A stretch of DNA of 63,400 nucleotides, the filler included, from Anaerolineae bacterium (GTDB taxonomy: Bacteria; Chloroflexota; Anaerolineae; Epilineales; Epilineaceae), in NCBI GenBank assembly GCA_029262755.1. It is 9 parts of 9 records of this genome, joined end to end, with 100 filler letters (N's around TTAATTAATTAA, not from the genome) between each part and the next. Parts side by side here need not be neighbours in the genome. Positions count along the whole stretch, not along the records: positions 9,239 to 33,993 come from JAJCYU010000210.1; 8 more parts are not named here. The stretch is one strand, 5' to 3'. A model generated the notes under the pieces. The model searched no databases, was not told the origin of the DNA, and saw nothing but the letters and a program-made list of their open reading frames with translations. A program made the position numbers and the translations under genes. Position 1 is the stretch's first letter; each line of letters begins with the position of its first letter. Below, piece by piece: positions 20,443-30,545 of this stretch.

Positions 20443-20687
20443 GCATGTCCTCCCTGCGTGCAGCGTGTTCGCGTTGGGCTGCGATGAATGGGCCAGTCTT
20501 TCCTGGTGGCTGAAACGGCGATGGCGCGAGCGACGGTCGGAGCACGTGGATCTCCATATTCCACCTTGAAGACCACCGGGCTTCCGTTCCCGTAAGGGTA
20601 GGTCCGGTTCCGGCGCGCCGCCCATTTCGGGGCTCCATGAGCCGCATGCCACAACCGGTAGTAGGGTACGCCGAATGGGCCCCAACT

Positions 20688-20730
20688 GCGTCCACCGGCC
20701 ATCCACGGGCTTGTCCCCAGGTTATCCACA
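20688..20730 (+). promoter_or_regulatory. DnaA-box-like cluster
   Basis: Perfect TTATCCACA at 20722-20730 preceded by TTGTCCCCA, CCATCCACG and GCGTCCACC at 11-12 bp spacing. Confidence 0.4.
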
Positions 20731-21131
20731 GGCATTCCTCATCGTGCGGGGCAGGGGCGAATTCGGGAGGGGGATGAGACCGCACCCACACCATCATTTG
20801 ACGGGGGTACCGACCGATTGGGAAGCTATTCGGGTCGGCAACCTTCTGGGACATGTAAGCACGGTGAAGCGATGGGACACGGAGCGGGGCGACGCGTCGT
20901 CGATCCCTAGAACACCATCGCGCCGCGACCGTTTGCTACGGCCTTCCCACGGTCGGGCCACGCTCATCCGACGTCGGAGAGGGAGACGTCGAAGGGTCGC
21001 GAAACGATGCGCGCGAGTCGCGCCGAACGATGTCGGTCGACCGCTGTAAGCCAAACGATGCCGGTCGATCTTTGAGACTGATCAGTCGGCAGGGCGAACC
21101 GTCTTCACCACACTTCCGCATGCTGCCTGCG

Positions 21132-23855
21132 TCAATCGCGGACCGTCATCAGCACGGCGCCTGCGCCGCGGCGTACGAACAGCGCCCCATTACGCACGGG
21201 GACCGGAATCACCCGCACGGCCTGCAGCGCGTTCTCCTCGTCCTGCGCGCCGGTGTGCGCGGCCAACGCGTCCACCGCCGCGGGCTGCGCCGACCACGTG
21301 CCGACGCTCGGCGATCGCGGTCGGTCTACGGGCAGGTGCGCCAGCCCGCCGGCAGCCGTCGCCCACCACGCGCTACGGCCGTCGAAGGCGAGGGCCGCGG
21401 CGGGCGCGAAGGGGCCGCGCAGCGGGTGGCGCGTGAGCACGCTCGGGCCGGCGGCCGCGCCCTCCGGGTGCACGTCGAGCAGGCCGGCGACGGTGTCCAG
21501 GCGCGGGGTCGATCCGCCGGCCAGCGTGACGACCCGTGAGCCCACCGCGGACGCCAAGACGCCCTCGCTGGGCACCGTCACCGTGCCCAACGCGACGGGC
21601 ATACCTGGATCGCGCGCATCGAAGAGGCGCAGCGCGCCGTCGCCGGTGGTCAGCCACAGACGGCCCTGCGCGGCGGCCAGGCGCGGGAACGGCGTGTCGG
21701 GCACGCGCAGGGGCGGGCCGAGGGGCGCGAGCCCGCCTTCGTCGTCGACATGCCAGGCCACGAGGCTGCCGCCGCCGGCCGTGAACAGCGTGCGCCCGTC
21801 CATCGCGGCCGTCACGCCGCCGGTAGCCGCGCGCGCCGTTTCGTGCGCGGCAGCCGGATCGCGGGCATCGACGATCACGGTGAGGCCGGCGCTCGTGACC
21901 GCCACAAAGCCCTCGCCGACGGCCATGTCGCCCAGCCAGCGATCGTTGTCGCGCGCCGCGAGCAACGCGGGCGCGAGCTCTTCGCTGACCCCGATGACCC
22001 GCGGCGGATCCGAAGCCGGATCGATGGTCCATAGCCGCGCGGCACCGACCTCCGCCACGCGCCAGAGCTCTAGCAGGTGCAAGAGCCCGTCGGCGCCAGC
22101 GGCCGGGTCAACCGCTGCCTCCACGAGCCACGCGCCGGGCGTCCGGTGGAGGCCGATCGCCGGCCATGGCGGAGCGGTCGTCGTATCCAGCACCCGCAGC
22201 GCGACGGCCGCGGAGGCCACCGCCGGGGCGGTCGGGTCGAGCGCCGGTAGCTGCGCGAACCACGCGCCGCCCTCGTCGCCCATGGCCGAGGCCACGGCGA
22301 GCCGCCCATCGCCGACGGCCAGCGCAAGCGGCCATGCGCCGGGAGGCAGGGACGATGCGGCGTCGGCGCCCAGCGCGGACGGAGCGAGCGGATCGCTCAG
22401 GTCAACCGCGCGCAAGCGGCCACCATGCCGGCTCCCGTCCTCCCCTGCATTCGATCCACTGTCCGCGAATCGTGCCGCGCCGGCCACCCAGCCCACCCGG
22501 GTGACGGGATCGACGACGAGCGCGGTGATCACCGTGTCGCCCGCGTCCGTGCCGACGTCGGGCTCCCCCCAGACGGGTCCAAACAGCGGCAGCCGGGCGG
22601 TCTCGCGCGGTCGCTCCGCTTCAGCCAGGTCGAAGGCCACAAGGGCGGGCGCTGCGTTAGACGCGGATTGGTCGAGCACGGCGAGCAGCGTGCGGCCGTC
22701 CGGGCCGGCCGCGAGCGCGGTGCACGCAACGCCCAAGAGCAGACCGGCGTCCCGGGAACGCTTCGGATCCCGCACATCGACCACCGCGAGCACGCCGGCT
22801 TCGGGATCGCAGACGTAGGCGTAGCCGCCCACGATGGTCATGGCACTCGCACCGGAGAGCGCATGCTCGGCCACGGGCACGGGCGCAGCACCGTCTGACA
22901 CGTCGAAGAGCGACAAACCGGCGACAGCGTCGGTACCCAGTGCATCGATGCGCAGAGCGTCAATTTCCATGGCGGCGGCGGCGACGGCGGCATCGATGTC
23001 CAGGTCGTCGATGTCCACGGCATCAATGTCCAGGTCGCCAATGTCCACGGCGGCGATGTCCACAGCATCGATGTCCACGGCATCAATGTCCAGCTCGTCG
23101 ATATCCACAGCGGTGTCGGCGAGGGCAGCAGCGCTCTGCTCACGCGTGACGTTCGCCGGAGCGTTCGTGACACCGAGTTGGATCGAACCCGGATCCCGTG
23201 CGCCATGCGCGACTACGAGCAGGTCGCCGTGGCGTGCGATCGAGCGCGCGTCCGGCACCGAACGCTGGGCGAGGATCGCCGGCGCGGACGGGTCGTTCGT
23301 CGACAGCGTCACGAGGGCGGCGTTCGGATCCGTCTCCGAAGTATCGGCACGGACGAGAACGTGCATCCGCTCGTGCGCCGCGTCGAGCGCGAGTGCCGTC
23401 ACGCTGCCCGGCAGGCCCGCGCTCACGCCGCGTACGTCCAGCGCGGGGTCACCCGGCGCCAAGGCGAGCACGTGTTGCCCGACGCCCGCCCAGAGTAGGT
23501 CGCCGTCATACACGAGCGCGCGGGCAGCGCCGCCCCAATGGCGACCCGTGACCAGCTCCGGCGTCCGCAACGCGCCCTTCGCCAGCCAGGGCAGGTGCAG
23601 GCGAACCGCGAGCGGCTGGTCCTGTGCGTGGACGCCGGCGGGAGACCAGGGCGCGGAGGGTCTGCGCGATTCGATCGATCGACTGGGGAGGCTGAGGCGC
23701 ATGGAGAGCTCGGCTGCGTGAGAGGCCGGCGCAAGGGGTGAAGCGACGCTGTACGCCGGACCTTGCGGCACCCGCGACGGGCCCGGGGCAATCCATACGA
23801 AGCCGCTGAGCACCGCGGCACAGACGGCGATGCTCCTACGTGTCACTGGTCTCAT
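21132..23855 (-). CDS. Secreted LVIVD-like beta-propeller protein
   Basis: Signal-like N-terminus; LHLPWL motif; LAVVDVRDP / LVAFDLAE / LRAVDLSDP / VIVDARDP repeats. Confidence 0.75.
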   Translation of the reverse strand: MRPVTRRSIAVCAAVLSGFVWIAPGPSRVPQGPAYSVASPLAPASHAAELSMRLSLPSRSIESRRPSAPWSPAGVHAQDQPLAVRLHLPWLAKGALRTPELVTGRHWGGAARALVYDGDLLWAGVGQHVLALAPGDPALDVRGVSAGLPGSVTALALDAAHERMHVLVRADTSETDPNAALVTLSTNDPSAPAILAQRSVPDARSIARHGDLLVVAHGARDPGSIQLGVTNAPANVTREQSAAALADTAVDIDELDIDAVDIDAVDIAAVDIGDLDIDAVDIDDLDIDAAVAAAAMEIDALRIDALGTDAVAGLSLFDVSDGAAPVPVAEHALSGASAMTIVGGYAYVCDPEAGVLAVVDVRDPKRSRDAGLLLGVACTALAAGPDGRTLLAVLDQSASNAAPALVAFDLAEAERPRETARLPLFGPVWGEPDVGTDAGDTVITALVVDPVTRVGWVAGAARFADSGSNAGEDGSRHGGRLRAVDLSDPLAPSALGADAASSLPPGAWPLALAVGDGRLAVASAMGDEGGAWFAQLPALDPTAPAVASAAVALRVLDTTTAPPWPAIGLHRTPGAWLVEAAVDPAAGADGLLHLLELWRVAEVGAARLWTIDPASDPPRVIGVSEELAPALLAARDNDRWLGDMAVGEGFVAVTSAGLTVIVDARDPAAAHETARAATGGVTAAMDGRTLFTAGGGSLVAWHVDDEGGLAPLGPPLRVPDTPFPRLAAAQGRLWLTTGDGALRLFDARDPGMPVALGTVTVPSEGVLASAVGSRVVTLAGGSTPRLDTVAGLLDVHPEGAAAGPSVLTRHPLRGPFAPAAALAFDGRSAWWATAAGGLAHLPVDRPRSPSVGTWSAQPAAVDALAAHTGAQDEENALQAVRVIPVPVRNGALFVRRGAGAVLMTVRD
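22990..23109 (-). repeat. 15-bp in-frame tandem repeat x8 (VDIDA/LDIDA)
   Basis: GCATCGATGTCCACG-like units. Confidence 0.85.
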
Positions 23856-24258
23856 CCCGCAATCCCTCGGTTGACGGGCGCAGCCAAAGCGCCACGTGGT
23901 CGCAGTCCGTCGGACGCGACAACTATCTTGATCCTTGTCCGGACCCTCGCCCTGGAATTCATGGTGCCCCGCCGGGTGTTGGGCGAACCGACCAGCCTTC
24001 GCGATCCGCCTCGATAGTACGCCGCCATCGTGCGGTCATGGCACGGTCACGGCGCCTTCGCGAAGCCGATTCATCGCCGTGACGCGCGATACCCAGCCGG
24101 CCCAATCACTCCAGCCAAACCGCCCCTACCGACCCCTGCCGGCTTCACCCTCGGCGGGCGGCGCCTATCATGGGAGGGAGTCGCGCGGGCGGCAAGGTGC
24201 TCGCGTTCGGAGGGCGGCCGCGTGACGGGCGCCCGCCCTTGTTGTGGGAGCGCCAGCC

Positions 24259-25131
24259 ATGACCGAAGCGCCGCGTGCGATCGGCCTGTTCTCCACTCTG
24301 ACCAGCACCGGTTCGCGATCGATCGTGCTGCGCATGCTGCACGAGATCGGCGCCGGGCACCTGGGGCCCGTGCGGGTCGCGTTCGTGTTCGTCAACCGCG
24401 AGGCCGGCGAGTCGGCCGTGACCGACCAGAGCGTTGCGCTCGTCGCGGAAACCGGCGTGCCGGTGATCCGCGCGTCGGCCGTCGGCTTCGAGCGCGACGA
24501 GAGGCGCGCGGCGCGAGAAGCCGCGCGAGAAGGCGATGACATGGCGCTATGGGCGTGGCGTGACCGCTTTCACGAGCATGTTCGCACGCGGATACCCGAC
24601 ACGGACCTGGACCTGCTGCTGGGCGATATGTGGATCTGGGGGCCTGCCCAATGCGCCGCGCGCCGGGGCGTCAACCTGCATCCATCGCTGCCTACGGGGC
24701 CATTGGGCACGATGTGGTACGACGTCGTCTGGGATCTGATCGCCCAAGGAGCGCCGGAGTCGGGCGTGATGCTGCACCGCGTGACGCCGGACGTGGATCG
24801 AGGGCCGGTGGCCAGCTGGTGCCGGTATTCTCTGCGCACGCCGGAACTCGATGCACTGTGGGCCACCCTGCCGGCCGATCCGGCCGAACGGTCGGCGCTC
24901 ATCGCAGAGCAACGGGCGCTGCGCCGGGACAGCGAGCATCCGCTCTTCCACGCCGTTCGCGCGGCCGGCTTCGCGCGCGAGACGCCGCTCATGCTCGAGA
25001 CCGTGCGCGCGGTGGCGGAGGGTCGATTGCGCCTGGCGGACGGCCGTGTGCTGGACGGCGGGGATCGACCCTTGGACGGCGGGCTCGACCTCAGCGGAGC
25101 GGTCGAAAGGGCGGTTGAGGCGGGGCCGTAG
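24259..25131 (+). CDS. purN: Atypical phosphoribosylglycinamide formyltransferase (PurN-like)
   Basis: VNLHPSLP; SGVMLHRVTPDVDRGP; upstream of purD. Confidence 0.7.
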   Translation: MTEAPRAIGLFSTLTSTGSRSIVLRMLHEIGAGHLGPVRVAFVFVNREAGESAVTDQSVALVAETGVPVIRASAVGFERDERRAAREAAREGDDMALWAWRDRFHEHVRTRIPDTDLDLLLGDMWIWGPAQCAARRGVNLHPSLPTGPLGTMWYDVVWDLIAQGAPESGVMLHRVTPDVDRGPVASWCRYSLRTPELDALWATLPADPAERSALIAEQRALRRDSEHPLFHAVRAAGFARETPLMLETVRAVAEGRLRLADGRVLDGGDRPLDGGLDLSGAVERAVEAGP

Positions 25132-25301
25132 ATTGCGTGCGTGGTCGATCTCAAGCCGGCGACACAGCCGACCGGAGTCTTGCCCTCGCCCGCTGGTGAG
25201 GCTCGGCGGCGCCATGTACAATCGCGGCTCGACTGCGTGGGCCGCAGAGCGGGGAGCAGCCGCTCGGTCCATCCCCCATCGTCCGCCCGCGGGAGAGCCG
25301 C

Positions 25302-26615
25302 ATGTCCGAAGCCCCAAAGCTGCGCGTCCTGGTCATCGGCCGTGGTGGTCGCGAGCACGCCCTTGCGTGGGCCATCGCGCGATCGCCGCAGGTCGAAACG
25401 GTGTACGTCGCACCGGGCAACGGTGGGACGGCCGGCGAAGACAAGGTGGAGAATGTCCCGCTGACCGAGAACGACCTGGAGGGTCTCGCGTCGTTCGCGA
25501 AGCAGCGCAAGGTCGGGCTGACGATCGTCGGGCCGGAGGATGCGCTGGCCAAGGGGGTCGTGGACCACTTCCACGCACATGACCTACCGGTCTTCGGTCC
25601 CACGCGCGACGCAGCGCGGCTCGAGACGAGCAAGATCTGGTCACGAGAATTCATGGCGCGCCACGGCATCCCGCATCCGGCCTTCGAGGTTTGTCACGAC
25701 GTGGAGGCGGCACGGGCGGCGGTCCTCGAGTTGGAGGGGCACTGTGTGGTGAAGTGTGACGGCCTCGCGGCCGGCAAAGGCGTCGCGGTTTGTGAAGAGG
25801 TCGAGGAGGCACTGACCGCTGTCGACGACATGATGGTCAAGCGCATCTTTGGCGACGCGGGATCCCAGTTGCTCGTCGAGGAGCGGCGCGACGGCGTGGA
25901 GCTTTCCGTGATGGCTCTATGTGACGGGACGGAGTACGTGTTGCTACCGCCGAGCCAGGACCACAAGCGGCTCCTGGAACGCGATCGCGGTCCGAACACC
26001 GGCGGGATGGGTGCCTACGCGCCGGCTCCGCTCGGCACGCCGAAAATGCTCGATGCGGTTCGCCAACAGGTGATCGAGCCGACCCTGGCCGGCATGCGCG
26101 CCGAGGGCACCCCCTTCGTCGGCTGCCTGTACGTCGGGTTGATGGTGGACGAACGCGGCATCACCGTCATCGAGTACAACGCGCGCTTCGGCGATCCAGA
26201 AACGCAGGTGCAGCTACCCCTCGTCGCATCCGATCTCGCCGCCGTGCTGCTCGCCGCGACCCAAGGGCGCGTGGCCACGCAGCCCATTTCGTTCATCGAG
26301 GACGCAACGGCCGTTTGCATCGTGCTCGCCGCGCGCGGCTACCCATTCAGCCCACAACGCGGCTTCGTCATCGACGGGTTGGCGACGGCGGAGTCGCGAC
26401 CGGGCATCAAGGTGTTCCATGCTGGAACGAAGCGCGACGACGTCCAGATCAAGAGCAGCGGTGGACGCGTGCTCAACGTCGTGTGCGTCCGTAACGGCTT
26501 GCAGCCGGCCGTCACCGGCGCGTACAGCGCGATCGGTGCGGCCGGCGTTCATTTCGAGGGCATGGCATACCGGACGGATATCGCCTTCCGTGCGCTTTCC
26601 GCCCCCACGCGCTAG
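25302..26615 (+). CDS. purD: Phosphoribosylamine--glycine ligase
   Basis: GGREHALAW; PGNGG; DGLAAGKGV; QDHKR; GPNTGGMGAY; EYNARFGDPETQ. Confidence 0.97.
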   Translation: MSEAPKLRVLVIGRGGREHALAWAIARSPQVETVYVAPGNGGTAGEDKVENVPLTENDLEGLASFAKQRKVGLTIVGPEDALAKGVVDHFHAHDLPVFGPTRDAARLETSKIWSREFMARHGIPHPAFEVCHDVEAARAAVLELEGHCVVKCDGLAAGKGVAVCEEVEEALTAVDDMMVKRIFGDAGSQLLVEERRDGVELSVMALCDGTEYVLLPPSQDHKRLLERDRGPNTGGMGAYAPAPLGTPKMLDAVRQQVIEPTLAGMRAEGTPFVGCLYVGLMVDERGITVIEYNARFGDPETQVQLPLVASDLAAVLLAATQGRVATQPISFIEDATAVCIVLAARGYPFSPQRGFVIDGLATAESRPGIKVFHAGTKRDDVQIKSSGGRVLNVVCVRNGLQPAVTGAYSAIGAAGVHFEGMAYRTDIAFRALSAPTR

Positions 26616-26626
26616 GTAGATCGATC

Positions 26627-27697
26627 ATGTCCCGGAAGCCCATCGTTGCGACCCTCGGCAGTCACTCGGCGCTGCAGATTCTAAAAGGCGCTGCCGACGA
26701 GGGTCTGTCCAACACCGTGATCGCGACGCGCGGCCGCGACGCACTCTACCGCCGCTACCCCTTCGTCGACGAGGTCATGGCCATCGACGGCTACGACCGC
26801 TTCGGCGCGCTCGAGCCGGAGCTGAAAGCACGCGGCGCGGTGCTCGTGCCACACGGATCCTTCGTGGCCTACCTCGGCGAGACGCTCAACCAGACCATGG
26901 ACGTCGGCTACTACGGCAGCCGCAACGTGCTGCGTTGGGAGGCCGATCGCGCCTTGCAGCGCGAGTGGCTGGAAGCCGCAGACATCCCGATGCCGGCCGA
27001 GTACGCGGGGCCGGATTCGGTCGAGCACTGGCCGGTGTTGGTCAAGACCGACGGCGCGGCCGGCGGTAGCGGCTACTTCTTGGCCAACTCCCCCGATTCG
27101 TTGGCGCGCCAACTCGAAGCACTCGGCGACATCGGCTACACCATCCAACGCTACATCGTCGGGGTCACGCTCTACGTGCACTACTTCCAGTCGGTGCTGC
27201 ACGACCGGCTGGAGATCCTCAGCATGGACCGGCGCTACGAGACCAACGTCGACGCCATCGGACGGCTGCCGATCACCGCGCAACGCGAGCTGGAGCCGGA
27301 GCCGAGCTACGTGGTCGTGGGCAACTCGCCGCTGGTCCTGCGCGAATCCATGTTGGAGGAGGCCTACCGCATGGGCGAGCGCGTCGTGGCCACGGCCCGC
27401 GAGCGCATCGACCCCCGCGGCCTGTGGGGTCCGTTCTGCCTCGAGACGATCATCACACCGGACCTGAAATTCCACGTCATCGAGATCAGCTGCCGCATCG
27501 TGGCCGGCACGAACCTCTTCGTGCACGGCTCACCCTACGCGGCCATGTTCTTCGACGAGCCCATGAGCACCGGCCGGCGCATCGCGCGCGAGCTGCGCGA
27601 AGCAGCCGAGGCCGGGCGGCTGGACGAGATCGTCACCGGGCCCACCGCCATCGCGGGTGGCGCTGCCCCCCACGCGCTCACCGGAGACACGCCATGA
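26627..27697 (+). CDS. purP: PurP-like formate-dependent FAICAR synthetase, paralogue 1
   Basis: ATLGSHSALQILKGA..EG; VPHGSFVAY; GGSGYF; DRRYETN; LRESML; GPFCLE; RIVAGTN. Confidence 0.88.
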   Translation: MSRKPIVATLGSHSALQILKGAADEGLSNTVIATRGRDALYRRYPFVDEVMAIDGYDRFGALEPELKARGAVLVPHGSFVAYLGETLNQTMDVGYYGSRNVLRWEADRALQREWLEAADIPMPAEYAGPDSVEHWPVLVKTDGAAGGSGYFLANSPDSLARQLEALGDIGYTIQRYIVGVTLYVHYFQSVLHDRLEILSMDRRYETNVDAIGRLPITAQRELEPEPSYVVVGNSPLVLRESMLEEAYRMGERVVATARERIDPRGLWGPFCLETIITPDLKFHVIEISCRIVAGTNLFVHGSPYAAMFFDEPMSTGRRIARELREAAEAGRLDEIVTGPTAIAGGAAPHALTGDTP

Positions 27698-28824
27698 CCT
27701 GGTTGGAACAAGCCATCGAGCGCATGAACCCGGAGAAGCTGGCGGTCTCCGTCCTCGGCAGCCACTCCGCGCTTGAGGTCTGCCGCGGCGCCAAAGTGCA
27801 GGGGCTCCCGACCGTGGTAGTGGCCCAACGCGGCCGCCATCGCACCTACGCTGAGCACTTCGCCTACTCCCCCGCCACCGAGACCGGATGCGTCGACCGC
27901 ACCATCATCGTTGACCGCTTCCGGGACATCCTCGGCGAGGAGGTCCAGGCGGAGCTGAACGCCTTCGGCACCACCTTCGTGCCGCATCGCTCGTTCGAGG
28001 TCTATCTCGACAGCGACTACGAGGCCATCGAGCGCGACTTCAAGGTGCCGATGTTCGGCAACCGGCACCTGCTCAAGATCGAGGAGCGGGAGCGTACGCC
28101 CAACCAATACGACCTATTGGACGCAGCCGAGATCCGCCACCCGCATCTCTTCGCCGACCCGAAGGACATCGACCGCCCGGTGCTGGTCAAGGTGCTCGAA
28201 GCCGAACGCGGCTTTGAGCGCGCCTTCTTCGTCGCGCGCACGCCGGACGAGTATGAGCGCATCGTGGACGCACGCCTCGCCGCCGGCGTGTTCACGGAAA
28301 AGGCCATCGCGGAGGCCACCATCGAGGAGTACGTCCTCGGTGCGCTCGTGAACTTCAACTTCTTCTATTCGCCGCTGGCCGACCGCCTCGAGCTGCTCGG
28401 CACCGACACCCGCCGCCAGACCAACGTCAGCGGCTTGGCCAACATTCCGGCCGCGCTGCAGGCCGAGGTGCTCGACGCGATCCCGCTCAAATTCGAAGAG
28501 GCGGGCCACGTGGCGGTCACGATTCTGGAGAGCATGCTCGAGATGGTCTTCGAGGCCGGCGAGCGCTTCGTGGCCGCATCGCGCGAACATTACGCGCCCG
28601 GCGTCATCGGCCCCTTCGCGCTGCAGTCGATCATCACGCCCGGCCCGCCCAAGAAAGATATGGTCGTGGTCGACGTGAGCCCGCGCGTGCCCGGCTCGCC
28701 CGGCATCACGTCCACGCCCTACACCAGCTACCTGCACGGCCGCCCGGTCTCCGTCGGCGAGCGTATCGCGATGGAGCTACGTTCGGCCGCCTATTCAGAC
28801 CGCCTGCACGAGATCCTCACCTAG
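27694..28824 (+). CDS. purP: PurP-like protein, paralogue 2
   Basis: LGSHSALEVC.GAK; VPHRSF; FGNR.LL..EER; DTRRQTN; IGPFALQ; DVSPRVPGSPG; ATGA overlap with paralogue 1. Confidence 0.85.
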   Translation: MTWLEQAIERMNPEKLAVSVLGSHSALEVCRGAKVQGLPTVVVAQRGRHRTYAEHFAYSPATETGCVDRTIIVDRFRDILGEEVQAELNAFGTTFVPHRSFEVYLDSDYEAIERDFKVPMFGNRHLLKIEERERTPNQYDLLDAAEIRHPHLFADPKDIDRPVLVKVLEAERGFERAFFVARTPDEYERIVDARLAAGVFTEKAIAEATIEEYVLGALVNFNFFYSPLADRLELLGTDTRRQTNVSGLANIPAALQAEVLDAIPLKFEEAGHVAVTILESMLEMVFEAGERFVAASREHYAPGVIGPFALQSIITPGPPKKDMVVVDVSPRVPGSPGITSTPYTSYLHGRPVSVGERIAMELRSAAYSDRLHEILT

Positions 28825-28834
28825 GAGCCTATTC

Positions 28835-29362
28835 ATGCCGACTCCCCGCGTAGCCATCCTCATGGGCAGCGACAGCGACCTGCCCACGATGCGCGGCGCC
28901 GCCAACGTCCTGATCAGCTACGGCGTAGCCCACGAGGTCAAGGTGCTCTCCGCCCACCGCAGCCCGGCGCGCACGGTGGCCTACGTGGAAGCCGCGCCCG
29001 ACCGTGGCGTGCAGGTCTTCATCTGCGCCGCGGGCATGGCGGCTCACCTGGCCGGCGTCGTGGCCGCGCACACGTCGCTGCCCGTCATCGGCGTTCCGCT
29101 CCAGTCCTCCGCCGGTCTCGCCGGCGCGGACGCGCTCTACAGCACGGTCATGATGCCGCCCGGCATCCCCGTGGCCACCGTCGGTATCGGCGGCGCGAAG
29201 AACGCGGCGCACCTCGCCGTGCGCATCCTCGCGCTGGCCGACGCCGAGCTCGCGGCCCGCATCGCGGAGCACCGCGTGGACATGGACGCGGGCGTCGCCG
29301 CCAAGAACGAGCGCCTCGACACCCTCGGCGTCGACGGCTACCTCGCAGAGAAGGAAGGCTGA
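28835..29362 (+). CDS. purE: N5-CAIR mutase / AIR carboxylase PurE
   Basis: ILMGSDSD; SAHR; AGMAAHLAG; PVIGVP; MPPGIPVATV. Confidence 0.97.
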   Translation: MPTPRVAILMGSDSDLPTMRGAANVLISYGVAHEVKVLSAHRSPARTVAYVEAAPDRGVQVFICAAGMAAHLAGVVAAHTSLPVIGVPLQSSAGLAGADALYSTVMMPPGIPVATVGIGGAKNAAHLAVRILALADAELAARIAEHRVDMDAGVAAKNERLDTLGVDGYLAEKEG

Positions 29363-29367
29363 ATCCC

Positions 29368-30330
29368 ATGAAGCCCTTCACCCCCGCCCCGCCGACCGAC
29401 CTGGACACTGTGGAGCTGCCGCTGCCGGGCAAGTTCCAAGGCAAGGTGCGCGACATGTGGCCGCTGGACGACGGCCGTCGCCTGATCGTCACCACCGATC
29501 GCCAGAGCGCCTTCGATGTCGTCCTGGCCACCATCCCCTTCAAGGGCCAGGTGCTCACCCGCCTCACCAAATGGTGGTTCGACCACACCGACGACATCGT
29601 GCCCAACCACGTCCTGTCGATGCCCGACCCCAACGTGATCGTGGCCCGCGACGCGAAGGTCTGGCCGGTAGAGATGGTCATCCGCGGCTACATCACCGGC
29701 GTCACCAAGACCGCCCTCTGGTACAACTACGACCAGGGTCAGCGCAACATCTACGGCATGGACTTCCCCGACGGCCTGCGCAAGAACCAGGCGCTGCCCG
29801 TGCCGGTCATCACCCCGACGACCAAGGCGGAAGCCGGCGGCCACGACGAGAAGCTGACGCGCGACGAGATCCTCGAACGCGAGATCGTACCGCGCGACGT
29901 ATACCTCGCGATGGAAGATGCCACGCGCGCCCTCTTCGCCCGCGGCCAGGCCGTGGCCGCCGAGCGCGGCCTCATCCTGGTCGACACCAAGTACGAGTTC
30001 GGCGACGTCGACGGCCAGCTGACGCTCATCGACGAGATCCACACCACGGACTCCTCGCGTTGGTGGCTGGCCGACACCTACCCGGACCGCTTCGCCGCCG
30101 GCGAAAGCCCGGACACCTTCGACAAAGAATTCCTGCGCCAGTGGTACGCCGACCAAGGCTACCGCGGCGACGGCGACCCGCCCCTGCTCCCCCGCGAGCT
30201 CGCCGAGCGCATGAGCCGCATGTACATCGACGCCTACCAGCGAATCACGGGCGATACCTTCGTGCCCGATGAAGCGCCGCCGGCCGAGCGGATCACGGGA
30301 CGGCTCCGGGGCGCGGGGATCATCGAATGA
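29368..30330 (+). CDS. purC: SAICAR synthase
   Basis: GKVRD; TDRQSAFD; IPFKGQVL; TPTTK; LVDTKYEFG; DEIHTTDSSR; DKEFLR. Confidence 0.97.
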   Translation: MKPFTPAPPTDLDTVELPLPGKFQGKVRDMWPLDDGRRLIVTTDRQSAFDVVLATIPFKGQVLTRLTKWWFDHTDDIVPNHVLSMPDPNVIVARDAKVWPVEMVIRGYITGVTKTALWYNYDQGQRNIYGMDFPDGLRKNQALPVPVITPTTKAEAGGHDEKLTRDEILEREIVPRDVYLAMEDATRALFARGQAVAAERGLILVDTKYEFGDVDGQLTLIDEIHTTDSSRWWLADTYPDRFAAGESPDTFDKEFLRQWYADQGYRGDGDPPLLPRELAERMSRMYIDAYQRITGDTFVPDEAPPAERITGRLRGAGIIE

Positions 30331-30545
30331 GACGACTAGACACCGCGCGGATCCAGGTTCACCTCAGCGTGTGGTGGGGGCTTTCGCTCTTCATGACGGG
30401 CTGTGCGATTGGGATCCTGCTCGCCGGTACATTTCCACAGAGCACGGGCCTGCTCTTCTTCGGGCTCATGCTCGGATCCGTGCTCTTGATGGCATTCCAC
30501 GTGCGCGCCCGCATGCTCGCCGAAGACGGAGTCACCGGTGAGTGA
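30327..30545 (+). CDS. Small two-TM membrane protein within the pur operon
   Basis: ATGA overlap with purC and overlap with purM start; two hydrophobic helices. Confidence 0.6.
   Translation: MRRLDTARIQVHLSVWWGLSLFMTGCAIGILLAGTFPQSTGLLFFGLMLGSVLLMAFHVRARMLAEDGVTGE

Noticed and set aside
20688..20730. Chromosomal origin oriC
   Set aside because: Only one perfect box, no AT-rich unwinding element, no dnaA/dnaN nearby
23860..25300. Purine, ZTP or PRPP riboswitch before purN or purD
   Set aside because: No recognisable aptamer consensus by eye; an Infernal scan is needed to exclude it
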